Numbered from the stretch's first letter, positions 13,240 to 28,320 are shown. The stretch: DNA of 64,000 bases from Balanoglossus misakiensis (GCA_040954595.2 CM082596.2:718736-782735), one strand, 5' to 3'. The notes: generated by a model from the sequence alone, not told the origin. A program made the numbers and translations.

Positions 13240-13512
13240 TCACTCGTCGTCCCGTTTGAACATGCTCCATCCGTAGATGTTGTCTTGTTTTCCTCTCTTT
13301 CCAAATGCCAAGGGGAATCCATAGAATTCGTCATCATTTCGTCTGTTTGGACTATTTTCTTTGGGGCCATCGTGAAGATTTCGCAGCAGAAATTGTTGGG
13401 CGGCCTTCATGCGTGAGAAATTCTTCAGTTTTCCTTCGTCGTCTGCGGGCGCACTGCTCGCAATGATCACCATGCCGACAAGCGTCAACACCAAAATCGC
13501 CAAGTTTCTCAT
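13240..13512 (-). CDS. Neuropeptide precursor, cholecystokinin/gastrin/sulfakinin (CCK/SK) type, 90 aa, single coding exon
   Basis: Signal peptide MRNLAILVLTLVGMVIIASSA, then RR-NDDEFYGFPLAF-G-KR-GKQDNIYGWSMF-KR-DDE. Two tandem C-terminal peptides carry an acidic-context Tyr-Gly motif and a terminal Phe, as in gastrin (EAYGWMDFa) and echinoderm SK/CCK peptides. A splice acceptor (ttttttattcaatAG, 13536-13537) just upstream of the ATG implies a non-coding 5' exon further along. Confidence 0.85.
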   Translation of the reverse strand: MRNLAILVLTLVGMVIIASSAPADDEGKLKNFSRMKAAQQFLLRNLHDGPKENSPNRRNDDEFYGFPLAFGKRGKQDNIYGWSMFKRDDE

Positions 13513-16500
13513 CTTTGTATCTTCTTCACAGGTTTCTATTGAATAAAAAAGAATGCGTTTACATACATTTTCCTCTTAAAATTAATTCGCGACAGTAAAT
13601 GACAAAAAAAACGTATTTTGTAGTTAACAAAGAAGATACATGACTGTTCAAATCCCCAAGGGATATCTAATACCATTTCTTTTTTATGAAGAGGGTCCCA
13701 GTTCATATATATTTAATATTAGCATGCCAGACCTTTGACTTTGACTAGTGAAGACAAATTAGACATGTGAAGGAAGGTCAGTCATCAGATTTCTTCAGTT
13801 TGCATTTGAATGAATGTTAGATTGAGAAGTTTGCTCAAGTAAATCAATCATGTGAAATTTTGCCGGATAGACGAGACATTTAAGTTGAAACATTGCTGAA
13901 TTGTGAACGTAAAATATTTGTGGTAAAATAGTTGCGTCCCTAACTCTTCAGACTCAGTAAGTGATGTGATATTTTGTTTTCTCTAGTTTACAAGTTCCTT
14001 TTATCGACAAAGAGTTTCCATCTTTGTTTCTCTCTGTAGCTTTTGTCTAAATGGGAATTTAATAAAACATGTCATTTTCGTTTATTTATGTTTCCAGGTT
14101 TATCTTTCCCAAGGCATTTATGATTAATGTCACCCGATGAAAGTCTTTCCAATGGACACAGAATCTTTAAATTCGGGTAATAAAACGAGGTGTTGTGTTG
14201 AATAGGCTTTTAAGCTACTAAAACCCATATAAAAGCTATGTTATGAAAAGTGGTGTTTTTGGTAATATATCTGAACATGAGCACGTGCCCCGGTTCTAGT
14301 GAATTGTCATCAAATATGCGTGAAGTTATAATTAGTTTCCCAAATCAAAGTAATCATATTAGTTAAATCTTTCTTGCTCCAGTCGCATAAGAATGGCGGA
14401 CGTCAACATGCTATTACCATTCTCTCGTTTCTTTCAATTTTGACGATAAAGTTGTTTTAAGGGCGTTAAAGTTATAAACACATCCTCGTCTAATCTCTGG
14501 CCGCGATAACCTTTGTCGTCTCATGGAAGCGATTTTGTGAAGCAGAGCACGTGATTTCAGGCGATAACAAGAACTGTTTTATTTGAAGGAAATGTTGGAG
14601 TACATGTTGAGAAGTAGAGATAAAAGACGATAGCGACGGACGAGTGCAAAATACCAAACGTCATCAAGATCGAAGACTCTTTCAACGATACATTTTCTGT
14701 GTCAAATATGGTGCAGAAATTTATCATTTTCACACATTTTCTCTATTTTCCCCTTTAATATTAGACCAATTGGCCATAATTTTCTATTGTCTACAGGTCT
14801 TAATCAAAATTTGAGAATAAAAGTGGAAAAAATTATTAGAGTTTAATTTTTGAAAGATGACGACAAATGTGGCGAATGAGTGATGCTATCCCTGGGCCTT
14901 GATTAATTACGTTGCAGCAATTTGACATTAAAAATATTGGCATGTCACACCATTAGTAGGAAAACTGCTTAGGCTATAGTGTCGTTTGATGTAAGGAGGC
15001 GTTTAAATATATCGACACAATTAATGGCATTATAATGGTTTTTAAAGAGTGGGACTAGTACTCCATCAAAGGTTACAGACTTCCTTTTGTGGAAGTGAAA
15101 TGCTTCAGTTTCGTTATAAACATAACACGGTGTATATCGACATGATATTCCGCAACATGAGAAGCCAAGTTCTGACATCATCGCGACTGGGAGGGTAACA
15201 TGGGTCCATGAGGGTGTTATAGGTAACCCTTGGGACACGCATTAGCCATTATTAAGAAAACGGTGCGGTGATCAAAAGGCGATTCGCTCGATGAGAGACA
15301 AACAAGGATATATGTACGGCTATTACCGCGAGTAAGGAGTGTGTCTGTTTTTACAACAGTGCCGATCTGACGATAACACTGGCGTCTTTACGTGTTAGTT
15401 CAGTTATCGTTGGAAATCACGCTTCGAACGACAAGTAACAAATCACGTTTTGTTATCTCGTGTACCTGGATAGGTTTTCACTTGGTTAATTCCCCATGGG
15501 CCATAATTTCTGAATCTCGAAGACAACAATCTATTAATGCTGTAGCCTGTGGCCAATACTAATATCTTTAGTGTGTAGAGATGATTTACGTTACGGGTGT
15601 TTTACGAGCGTTTTATTAAAGTTACATAGCCCAATCAGGGAGACGTGTAAGGCTGGCTTGGACAATCTCCGATCATTTTGTACGTAAGATGGATTATAAT
15701 TTGTCTCTTTGATGATTGCATAGAGAAACTTTTCAAGGATATCATCGATAAAATGTCCCTAATTAACTCATAAATGAATGTCACGTTATCGTCAAGTCTC
15801 TGTGACACGAACGACCTTTCGGGCGAATTCGATGTCATCACTGTTACTGGTTTTGAATTCAGAGATCATGAGTCTTGGTGTGCTAGTATAGTATAGACTG
15901 TGAACTATCTGCAGTCAGTCTTAACCAAGGGCAAACACTTGGCTTGAACATTGTTTCAGTAGAGCTGCAGTGCACGAGACAGATCCTAAATGGACGCACT
16001 ATCCGATGTAATAAAAGATATCTAAAACGTCTTATACCGCCAGTTTCTGATGACGAAGATTACGGTTTACGATTTTCAGATAGATGCATAGTTTTAATGC
16101 ATCATATCTTACATACCAAACTTTTGGCAAACATAAATATACATCCTTCTACATTTATTGTCACTACATCCCTAAGAATGATCAGGAAACATTTTGCAGA
16201 TAACGTTTTCTTTTGAAACTGTGACGCAAATATGTTCTGTACTGAGCGTTCTGTTTTGCCATTATTGATGGGAAATGATTATTTAATTGTTTGAGATCAC
16301 TATTTCTTCTCTTATGTATTTCTATATCAGCAATCAGCAATTTTATCGCGTTTTAAATAAGTACAAAATTGCATTGTGATGTTGCTGGATGTACATTGAT
16401 GTAAATGTATTGATAGAAGCCTTTTTCAAATAAGTTTCGTAAATGTTATCTGGTTTAATACCGACCTGACTTTATTCTGATTCTCTGTTCAGGCGAAGGA

Positions 16501-19500
16501 AGCACAAACTAAGCTTGTCTTGGTCTCGAAATTAGCGCGGAGGATTCCTTCCTGTGTTGATGCAAATCTACCTTTTGAAGTAAATTCGTCAGGCCTTTGT
16601 TAATGACGTTTGCTTGGATTCAGCGACTTGGATTTCTCCGAGGCTGCAATCATTACATGCATTGCGTATTCGCCGGAGGCAAAAGAGGAAGTTTGACACT
16701 TAATCGTGTCGTCTTTCCAGTTTGATTTTGATTTCAAGTGGCGGGGCTCGCCAAGGAACAGCAGATCGCCTTCTTGCCCATAGCTATACACAAACAACGT
16801 GATCTCAAATTTTCACATCAACACACAGCCTGTGTTTTGACCGCAGCATCCGCATGCAGACGGGTACTGAGTTGTTCCTGAGGTCTTTGCATGTAAAGGC
16901 AACTTAAGGATTACTTAAACTAATTAGTCACACACCAAACGTAATTATCGATTGCGTAAAATCCGCATGCATTAATTACCTGAAAGTGGTGGTGTGATGA
17001 ACTCGTAAGACTTTGGTCAGTTTAAATTGCTCTGTTTAAAAGGAATTATGTTCCCATTTGCCAAGAGCAGGTGGGAATAGAAGACAGACAGAAAAGAAAT
17101 AAAAAAGATTTAGTGTAGAGAAATCACGCCAAAATCTCCGGCAACATATCTGAAGTTAAGAAAACTGGTGCTATCTGAGTAAACCAATTAGAAATTAAAC
17201 TGTGGATTGACAGTCAAACTACCAAGGGAAACCTATTTCCTTGTCGAAAGTGAAAAGTTTTACAGAGGATTGAAAAGGATGAAGTTGGACTTCGTTAGTG
17301 TCTTTTGGGAGCCTCCTAAAAGGTGGCGTTTTAGTGAGAAAACGTCTTTCGGCGTCGAAGTAATTGAAACATCTGCATCAACAATCTGCTTCTGTTAGAC
17401 AGATTTATGCAGCGCTTGGGATAGCGTTTTACTGAAACTAAAATGCGCCGACTTAAAAATCCCTTTTTATATCTGCGGATTTGCGGACCTGTATTTCCGG
17501 CTTCTGACGGCTTCAAATCTAAATCGGCTCATTACACGGCGAAAGAATTCTAAGTTTGACGATTAAAAGCGAAATGTGAATCCTAAGACTTTGAATTTTC
17601 TGATTTTCCAGGAGGCGAGAAGGACAGCCAGTCACACTACGCACGTTCGCACAAATAATCTTCAAGGACCTGAAAGTCTTCTCTACTGTTTAGTGTGAAG
17701 CGTTAAATTAGTTCATATTGGATGTATAATCGATACTCATTTGGGACTTTTGGCCTCTTTGCTCATGACGTGACGTCATCTAACTGAGCAACACTGTCAT
17801 CGCCACTTTCAGATTGACCATGAAGGGTGCTTGTACTAATAATGGCGGCCAAAATTGGTCTTAGTCAATCATATATTGGGAATCTTCAATGGCTGATTGG
17901 ATTATATGGCTGAAAGGTGTATTTTGAAGCATGGTATTATTCCTCATTACATCGTTCAAGACGCTAAAACCTTCCAGTTGAAGGGGTTGAAAAGAAAGTG
18001 TCATAATCATAGCGTTATTATGCCAACAGTATCAAGAGCTTCATATGTCAGAGGTTTTGTCAGAAACTATCATGTGACTGATTGTGGGGTTTTTTATACT
18101 TCACAAGCGTTTTAATGCATCTTCCCTGCGGTATAAGCCTCTTTGTCGTATTGCGCAAATAAAATACTTGGGAGATGATAAAGTAAGGTATACAGTAATG
18201 AATGACCTTCTTCCGTTCTATATGTTGCGCTTGGAGAGAAAGAAGATAATCTGGCAGACATTGAGGCTTCGTTACTGAAAGACGAGATCTGTTTGAGGTT
18301 TTGTGCGTCGGAAGTGCCCGGATGTTGCTCTGGGGAAAAGGTTCTGATTACTTTCAAGTAACCACTATGGAACACATTAAACATCTACGATTCCCATCAG
18401 AATGAGACTAAAAGTAGAAGGAATGATATCAAAGTTGATGTGGCCTTACTTCAACCTGAGAAATGTATATTTTCACTGAACGATTTATGGGGATTTTGAC
18501 ATGCTCTGCCCCAGAAATTAACTGAACATATTGATATACCGTTCATCTTATTCCTGTCTTGTTTGCCTTCGTGTATGTTTATCAAAATCAAATAATCTCA
18601 CACGCAGATAGCGTATAATGTATTAAACATTTCCATTCATTAAAATACATTCCCCGAAAATAAACTGGAAGAACTGGTGATTAAATGACTGCATATAACA
18701 AAAGTTAGAATGAAGTACCTTATTCTCTTTGAAGAGTAGACTTTTCGAGCAGGAGATCTTCACACTATGATGTTTCGGTGCCTCCTTCGTATTCTCTGGT
18801 CTTGGACGAACTTTTGGAGTTTCACAACGATGGAATGACTTGTGTTCTGGCGTCCTCTCTCCCTGGAAACAATACAGAAATTGTCAGTTGGGTTCTGCTA
18901 CTCCACACATTTAAATCCCGCCTTTTACGTAGGAAGCGATTAAAAGATGCTATCATTTTCTTGCCTCTGATTGGCCAGTCGTTGAATGACGTCTTGCCGT
19001 GTGCCATTATGTGCAGCCATGACGAGAAACTGAGATTGAATGAAAAACCCTGTGTTAATAACGTTAGGGCGATTAATCAAATTGTAACATCTACTACCAC
19101 CTTCTAACCTCTAACCGAAGAAAAGGCGCTTAAATAAACTACTTATAATAAATTATATCGTGCGAAGAAACTATTTGTACAAAAATGGTTTCCATGAGCA
19201 CAAGCCACCACCCATACAGTCTTTAAAACTGTAATTATATAGATGGAAGTGTGCAACATGGACAGCTCTTGTTATATTCAACAGAGTCTTGTACAACTTT
19301 TGTGATTCAAGGGTGATGTTGTTTCTATATCAAACAATAGCATGGCGATGATATATCATTTCTATGTCATTTCTGTACATCTTCTTTTTCCCTTTCTTTC
19401 CATCGACCCCACTGGAATTCTCTCTCTCCGACCATGCTCATGGTGGTGACACACTCAGCCCTATCCCTTCCGCCATTGTCTCGTACTGATGTAAATAAAT

Positions 19501-22500
19501 CAAAGTAAAGATTTCCTCAACTTAACTCTCCAAACACGCCTTAATTGTTACAAATAGCTTTTACGGGTTCAACGTTGCCCACTTGCTCCGTGTCCGTGTT
19601 CGTAGACATCCAATTTCCCAGTCTGCGCATGACAATGCATATTTAACTGGTTATTTAGATGGATAACGGGGATGGGCGGCTGAATGAAGCTCGGGTAATA
19701 CGTCTTCCAGATTTTGATTAGAAGTCGTCTTCCATGACGTCTGTGCGCATCCGTAAATCTATCAGATCAATTCCTATATAATGTTAACTAAGATTTCGAT
19801 AGCCGGAATTCTTCAGGAGTTATGTGCTCACCCCTTGACCCCAAGTTGTTGTCTTGCAAAGCTTTGAATTACCTTTTGTGATTGAAATTGATAGGGGACT
19901 TTAGGAGGACAAACCCATTAATTATTTGTGAGTTAATTGGAAACTTCAACAGGGAAATAGTTCATGGGATATGGATATGTCTCTGGAGAAGGCGATGGGT
20001 CATTCTGTTAAAAGTACATGGTTCAGATCTGGGCAAAGAGATCAGAAAGCAAGCAGCCGTTTGGCCAGTGTCGTTCTCCAAAGTCGCGTCAAATGTTTAT
20101 GTCGTCTACATTGATCGGCTGAACTGTTTCATCACTGTTTCAACACATCTTCTGCCTGTACAGTCAAGTCTAATTTAGATCTGTGCATATACAGTTGATC
20201 AGACCTTGTTACATGCATGTCCTGAAATCTCTCTGTGGGTTTCAAGCTACATAATAAATTCAACACAAGTGAAGGAAAGTTTAAAGAAAGATGCATTATA
20301 GGAATTTTTAAAAAATGAACCCTGGTTCCACGCGTGACGATCAATACTTGATCAACTGATGCGTCATACAGAACATCACGTGCGAACTGTAGGGCGATGG
20401 AAGTGATAACAACTTCCAAACCTCAGCCAGTCTTTACTTGTATACGCGAATGCCTACGTGTGTAATTGTGAACGACTGTATTCTAGTCTGTTCATACATC
20501 AGCGTCGAGCTGACGAAATGTGCCCGAGGAAAGAGTAAGATGATGTTATCGGACAACGACAACGACCAGATAATGTTGCGGTAAACAGTTTAATAGTTTT
20601 TGACACGGAAAGTACACGGAAATTGCATGATGGGACTGGCATACCTGCAGCTGAGCTTCAACACAACTAATTAAAGATAAAAGTCACAGATAAAAGTATC
20701 CTGTCTAAATTGTTTCACAGATTGTGTTGTTGATTTGCAGTTCAAACGCTTTCATCGGAAAAGAACGACAAATTGCTCACGTGACCAAACGCCTGCCTAT
20801 TTTCTGATTCAGACTCAGCAATTCTTTGCCAGCAGCCTTCGTAATCATCTGCAGTAGATGAATACGTGCAGTCGCAAATGTCCCAATCGGCAATGAGGCT
20901 ATTATGTTAATGTAAATCAAAGGTCAAACACTTTCGGCGCGTTTCAAATGAAATGATTAATTCGAGAAACTTGAGTTGTTGGCAGTGTCTTTAATATGTA
21001 TGAAGTTCTAGTGCATTTGTGTCATGGGAAGCAGCTGAAGTCTGTTTCGTCCATGATACTTTCAATTATACACCCTCATTCCGAAATTGTCCAAATACGT
21101 CACACAGATGTTGAACAATCGACGCGCCTCACAGTCACATAGCCATCGTTGAAGTCTTGGTTGACATTTGGAATGATTTGTTCGTCGTCACTGTATGACA
21201 ACATGGTGAATATTTGATCTTTCCACGACAACATTCATCTGGCCATCTTATTGCTTTAAAAGTTGTTTTGTTCTCTCTTAGAAAAGCAACATCTAATGTT
21301 ATAAAGTTTGTGCAACGGTGGGAGAACGATTTATCGGAAGTACTGTCTCCAGTTCCCGTGTTCCTTCTCGGAACCTTGACTCAACCGAACGGAAAAACTA
21401 ATAACAGTAATGATGTGTGGACTAAACAGCTATTACTAATATGAACGACGCATGAATTTATTAAAAGCATCGTCATACTATGATCGTGTGTTGGGATTTC
21501 CCGGTGGCGAAATCACCAATCTGAGTTTGACAACCGAAAGGGCATACTTAACCGCGCGTTTTCTATCAACGCTTAAATGCAGAGCCAGTGGTGCTGTGTG
21601 GATGAAATATTGCTGAAGGTTGAACGTTTCTTCCCGAGAAACCCACCCTTCTTGGTCTTTGTCGATTTAGTTTCCCGCCATGGAAAATTACTTTTATATC
21701 GGGGTGATCCACTCGCGTGTTGATGGCCGCGGGCAACACTGTCACTACAACGTCCATTAATAATATCTTAACAAACCTTGCAGCAACGGCGAGTTGTTGA
21801 AGCACATAGATAACATGGCAACACTGAGAACGCGGTGCTAAGTAATCTATCAGTAAGATATTACAGTCGTTTGTTGTTACATGCCATGCAGCAATGCTTT
21901 TAGGGATATGACATTTATTCCACTTCAAGGCTACAGTTTTCACAAAAACAATACTAATGTAAATTTACTATATGAATTAATATAAACCTCCTTTGCCTGT
22001 TTCCATTTCTAGAAATAAATATCTTAGAACTACACCCCGATAGCGAGACAATGATGTACATATATGACAGAGAAAACCGAACACTTGAAATGTGTATGTC
22101 GTCCGAGTGTCGTGGGAAAGGAAATTGTGGATGTTTACGCTTGGTTGGTACAAATCGAACGTCGTTCATGACTTTGCAAGACTCATATTGTTGCCACATA
22201 CCAAACTTGGTGTGAAAAGTCTACGTGTGTCTTTAGGTTAAATGCACTGTAAACAGTCGGGAGATTGTTTTATCACTGTTTTGTTATGCCCAGGAATGAC
22301 CTTCAAATGTGGATGGCCGACCACTTTCCGTGACGATTTCAACACGTTTTTATTATGGTGATTTACCCACACACACGACTTTTGAGGCTGCCCAAACGTG
22401 GTGAGCATCAACAATTGGCGCATAACTCAATTCTTACCCATTTCATCAACAGGAATGCGACAACAGCAATTAGATTACAAGAACTGGTAAGGGGATCTGA

Positions 22501-23195
22501 ATAAAGACTCCCCGAAGAAACAAATCAAATTGTTTGCAGTTGAGATCAAATCGGGCACGCCGTAAAAACGCCACATCCCTTGAAAATGTCATCGGTTAAG
22601 ATGCTATCAGGTGACAGCATCTATCGGTGGTTTTTGGACCTTAGAGAAAGAGACTGGAAATCTGTTAATGTAAAAGACAAAACAACACGGAAATAAAATC
22701 GGAGAGGGGGCAAGAGCAAACGAATCTGGCCGGCAGGCATTGATTGATGTTGGAAACAAAATATTGGCCCCAAGTGCAAAATAATATGGAATAACCTTGA
22801 CGTTTGGCCAAAACATTCTACGTCCAAAATGGCGTCTAATCACTCCTTATATTGACCCCGTATGATATTCAAGTTGTGTGATACAATGTCTACATTTAAA
22901 TTAGTCAGCTCATCCCGATTAATAATTTAAACAGAATTGGAAAAACAATCCATATTTCATTGTTTCCAGTCAAATCAATCACTTTATGGCAATAGGCAGA
23001 GTGGGGGATTGGATGCATCCTACACATTCACGTGACATCATAGCAATCACTTGATTGATACTTCTAAGACACAAGCAGCCTGCCCGCCGTCCATTACCGG
23101 GAGACAGATGCATCACAGCGGTTCGTTCCTACCCGAAGATGTTGTACACGTAATAAATACTTCATGTTGGAAACAGGCGGAGAGTAAGAGTTATA

Positions 23196-23233
23196 ACAGA
23201 CAGACAGACAGACTGACTGACTGACTGACTGAC
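23196..23233. repeat. Compound tetranucleotide microsatellite (CAGA)n(CTGA)n
   Basis: acagacagacagacagactgactgactgactgactgac read directly. Confidence 0.9.
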
Positions 23234-26200
23234 GCATACTCAATGCATGACTGGCGATATGGCTGCATCGTCTGCACGTTTACAGAATAAGACTTTAATG
23301 ATTCAACGGGAAAAAGCGAACCGTCCTTTATCATATTGAGGTTGTTTGCAAATTCGAACAAGAGATGATTGAACGCTCGATCGGCGATGTAGAATTGAAT
23401 TGGGTTCATAACCGGTACTGTTGCAACACGGGAAGACGGATAACATGGCATTTTGGCGTCCGTCGGGGGTCAGGGTACTTAGGCATTCTAATATAGTTAA
23501 GCGGTGAGGGCAAATGTCTGCGAAATTAAACACCAGCGCAGATGATTGGTAGGGAAACGGTTTTCTGCTAAAGCGAAGTCGATTAAGTGATAGGTTTAAT
23601 TTTATTCTGACCCAAGGAAGACTGTATTAAAGAGATATCAGTCATTCGCAAAATGAAATTTAGAAAACATCCTTGGATACGTGTTTTTCTAACATTGTTT
23701 ACTTACTCCCATGCGCGAATTTGAATCTTATGACACACATGCATGCGCAGACAGGAGATTATATTCGATGCGAATTTCAAACCAGCAAAGAATTAGAATC
23801 TTGGTTGTTAAATTGCTTCCCCAATCAAAAGGTTTTCATTCTTTGATTTACCATCTAAAGTGATCTTTGGCAAATATTCCACTAAAGGTCAATGGTTCTT
23901 TTTATCCGCCACTGCTGATCAGAAGAAAACAGATGGCGCATATGAGGGAGCCAGCTGAGTTAAACTCATCATGTAGGATTGTACTTTGTTCAAATAAATC
24001 GATATTATTTTAACTTTGGATGTAATTCAATAGTTTCTATCGCTAGACCTCTGCCTTTGAACTGCCTGGCCTCCGACTGACAATAGTAGATCCGGTGAGC
24101 TTGCATGATATTCCAAAAAGAAAAGAAAAAATGCAAAGACGTTCTGGACTTTTCAGTTGTTAGGCGATCTGGGTCATTTAATGCCTCTAAAATAGTTCAA
24201 ATAAAAAGTGCAATCTGTAAATTCACAGTTTAAACTATTTATAGTTATATGCGCACTTTCCACAGTGAGATACATTTAAGCAATAAAGTTTGGTGAAAAT
24301 TTGAAAATGAGTTATTTGCGATTTTAATGGAATAAAGTAACAGCGGGATGACAGAGAGAGCTTTGCGAACACTTAGATCTTAATGTCCTCTTGTAGTCGT
24401 AACTTCACTGGATACAGAAATCCTTATCGGTCGCTTTAAGCACGTTATCTCGCCTACGTCTTATGTTGTAAAGTTAACAAGGCGAAGAAGTGTATCCTGA
24501 ATTCATTTCATCAAACACGTCAACTAGGTACGAAAAGCGTCAAATCTTCCGCTTCATAAAGACAACTGTAAGGTTTTAACCTGGATTATTTCTGGTGTGT
24601 CGTAACCACATTTATGGTCGGAGATTGAGCCTGTAATTTTGCGGTCTGAAAATCGTGAGGCTGATGACACAGCAGCCAGTTTATGACACCCTGGTTTCTG
24701 CAATTCACTCGTAAAGACATGCCTTGAAATTTCCTTATCATCACAACCGTTGGCAATAAAACAGTGTATCTGCAGCTCAGTATATACATGAAGAATGCTT
24801 AAAGACCAAATCCTCGACTTGGAACCGTGGACTTTAGTTACAGACTTACATGTATGTGATGCCATGCCAATAACACGGCCAGACTTAGTTTCTAATCAAG
24901 CTTGTTTAGACAACTGACTATATGTTGCTTTGCGTCGTGCTATCAACTGTGCCAGAAACAAGCAGAAAAGGGGTCGTTTAGAATCGCCCACGCGCACCAG
25001 CTTGTACTACACATTAGAGTCCATCACTGTTGATGTCAAGGGTGATAAGCATCAAAATCTGGAAAGTTTTAAATCACAGAAGACATTCAAGTACAAATCA
25101 CTATCTTTATTGCAATCGACATCACGTTGCCCACAAACTCTCTGCAATGGCTACTTTTCCTAATCACAACCCCGATACATACTGATCACACATATTGGCT
25201 GATGGGAAGACACAGCTGTGGGAATGAGGTAAGGGATGCCACTCTTCAAGTGGTGAATTCGCAAATTGTCTTCAGTGACATTTCACGTTATGCGTATTGG
25301 TAAATGCTGTCATATATTCCTGTTATCCATTATTAGCCGAGGTTCTTACCGAACAATCGTGGTTCTTACGTTATGCGGCCTACAAAGTCAAAAACTGTCA
25401 AGGTTCTAGTTTACAAAGTCTTAATTTTAGTCTATGCAATGATAATTTCCCATTAAAAATTAACAATTATCGCTCTATAGTTCTCTCATATCATTACAGT
25501 ATTCACTACACGTCGCCTGACCTGAATTAAAATTGCATTGCTAGAAATCTATTTCGAAAGCTGTCATTCAAAATTCATTCGTAAAACATTAGATTTCGAA
25601 TTATAGATGCTGGTCAACCTACAGGGGTAGTGTTATTAAACATTTGTCGTCCATATTGTCTTGCCCGAAAGATATCCTAGGGAGAATGGTAATAAATTGA
25701 TTGGCTATAGATTTCCGAGAATCAATCATGAATCGGTGGCCATGATGCACGAAGGTGTCCTGACAGCAAATCGACTGCTCGGGTCAACGCCCGTTTGACA
25801 TTATAAAATCACTCGATTTCTGAGGCGGTTGTGAATCAAATGTCTTACATGAATAACTAAATTCTTCAAAACAGTGCGCGGCAAAATGATAAAGCTGAAT
25901 ACATAAGGATATATTGCTACTGTGGAATTAAGTGGCCGAAGGTTTTATTAATAACGATTTGAAAATGTCAGAAGAGAAAGGTTGGCGGTCTAAAATCCCA
26001 AGTCAAACTAAATAGATTTCGAAGAGTATCTATTATTGAATTTATCATCATTATTTTTCGTCTCTCTTCACTTGGTTGGATTCAGTATTGGAATGTTAGT
26101 ATTTTATTTATACATAAAAATACAACTCTGAGTCACTTATTTCATAACCTCTCCGTTTTAAGGCCCTATATACATATAAGCTTAATTTAAACCATCGGAT

Positions 26201-28306
26201 CCGATGCAGTTTTATGTAATATATTTATGTGAGTTAGAAAAATCTAAATAAATAAACGAATGAGTTGAGAAAAACATTTAAACACATGCATATTATCACC
26301 AACCTCTTTCTTAATCGTTATTTCGAGAATGATTACTAAAGTTCTTAAATTTATTTGGAATCAATTGATATTATTACTGAACAAGATAAGTTTATTTGAA
26401 GGTAAATGATATCAAAATGTATAGACTAGTAAGTGAGATATAGTGGTATGAGCAATGAATATATATTCTCACCCCCACCCAATGTTCTATGCTTTCACAG
26501 TGGCAACCTTTGGCTCAAAGGACTAGCGCCCTCGCCGACTGCTCTGCAACAATCTATCGATATCCGTAACAAGCCTACAGAGGGCGACATGTCCGAGGAT
26601 TGTTGTGTCGTCATTTTATCATCGTCCGCTCGCACGGGTCGTCAGCTCGACCATAGTCTCCCCAACGAACCTTGGCGGGCGAAGACGACATTTTATATTG
26701 CTGGTGTAAACTTTAAGTTCCTCGAACTATTTGTAAAATTGATCATGCGAATATTTACACTTGGAATCCTCAAGTCTTTGTTATTAAAAGAAAAGTAATT
26801 AAGAGGCGCCATAGGGATAAATAAAGTTCACAAATAAATTTAAGGACAATTTCAAGAATTTCATTAGTGCGTTTTGTTGAAAGCGCGGACAATATTGTTA
26901 CCCTGGTCTTGAAAACCTTCTCTTTGTTCCATCTGCATTAATAAATTGAAGTCTTCATCTTTGTAAAAGCCATCTCACATTACTCTTTTATGAATAATTA
27001 AACAGAAATGTTGGGTTTTTTATTTGTGAAGCAACCGTGACCACTTTAATTTGCGACGGAAAATGGATTCGAGTTATTTAGAGAAAACAAGGAGTGGTCG
27101 AGTGTTTGGATTGTCATGGTAACGCAAAACATTAACCATGATTGGCCGGGACAGTTTTAAATAATTAAAGTACCAGACAACTGGCAATATTCTAATTCAT
27201 TTAAGCTTAAATTACACATTTCGGGTAACAAACTATTTTAAGGCATATGTCAATAATTGGAATAGAAAGACCAAACGAAAGCAGGGATGAGTGATATCCA
27301 AGAGTATATGTAAAAACAGCACCTTATTGAAGACGTTGGCAATAACCATGCAAGAATTTCAAACTGCACGTCTGTTTCATCGTGTGAAATAGAATTTAGA
27401 AATCGACTAGGCCTACAGTATCTCGAAGTGGTGAGACGCGAGGTGTACAACTATGTTTCCCACTAAAAAAATACTGCCTATCCTTCTGTCTATATGGCCG
27501 GGAGAAAAAGTTTAGTACTGTAGGCCTACTTGTCGGCACGCAATCCTAACGTCAAGCAAGATGTCTGTCCTGCAGAACAGCGCGCTTACGTGCCATTTTA
27601 CTCTAGTACATAGCCATTACGGGCCCTATGTTAATCTAGTCCATAGCCATTTAATAAGGCGCCAGTACATACAATATAAATCCTTATAAGGTTCATATAA
27701 ACATGTATATACGACATTTAACTCTATCTACGGTGGACAGATCTTGGCCATGCATCGTAATGTCTACGGTTTTACATTTGATACAATTATGCAAAATTTA
27801 CAACAGCGCGCGATCTCTCCTAAGGTGCGCGGATTGTGGATAGTAGATATGCCTTGACTGATTCCTTCAACGTTATCTATCTGTTGATCTAGCGGGGACT
27901 ATATATGGTTTTGATGATGACTTAATCCACTTGTCTTGCGTTGCGCATGCCAGTAAATGGTTACGTCACATGACTTTCATAGCATGCATGGGTTTTCCGA
28001 CTTGTTTTAATAGACTGTCGATTGTGACTATTTATCCTGTCAGATATTGAGCGACAGGTCACCCGAAATGAATTGGAAAAGGGGCGCACAAATTTGCAAT
28101 GCCGCCATCCACACGCTTCTACAACTTCTCTGCAATCCAAGGTCTACTCGCTACTTTAAAATAAAAGAACTAGAACGGCCCTGCCTTAAACGGTTGAATA
28201 CAACGATCGTTTGATCACAATTTGGAAGCAAGATTCATGACATGTTACACGTGCATATGCCTCGTATATGAAAAAGTACAATGCAGTTTGTACAGCGTTT
28301 ACACAT

Positions 28307-28320
28307 GTTGTCATGACAAC
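28307..28320. promoter_or_regulatory. Perfect 14-bp palindrome GTTGTCATGACAAC, RFX X-box-like, about 1 kb upstream of the WDR86 ATG
   Basis: The palindrome is seen directly and resembles the X-box GTTNCCATGGNAAC. A second near-match, ATTGTCATGGTAAC, is at 27110-27123. Function is inferred. Confidence 0.35.
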
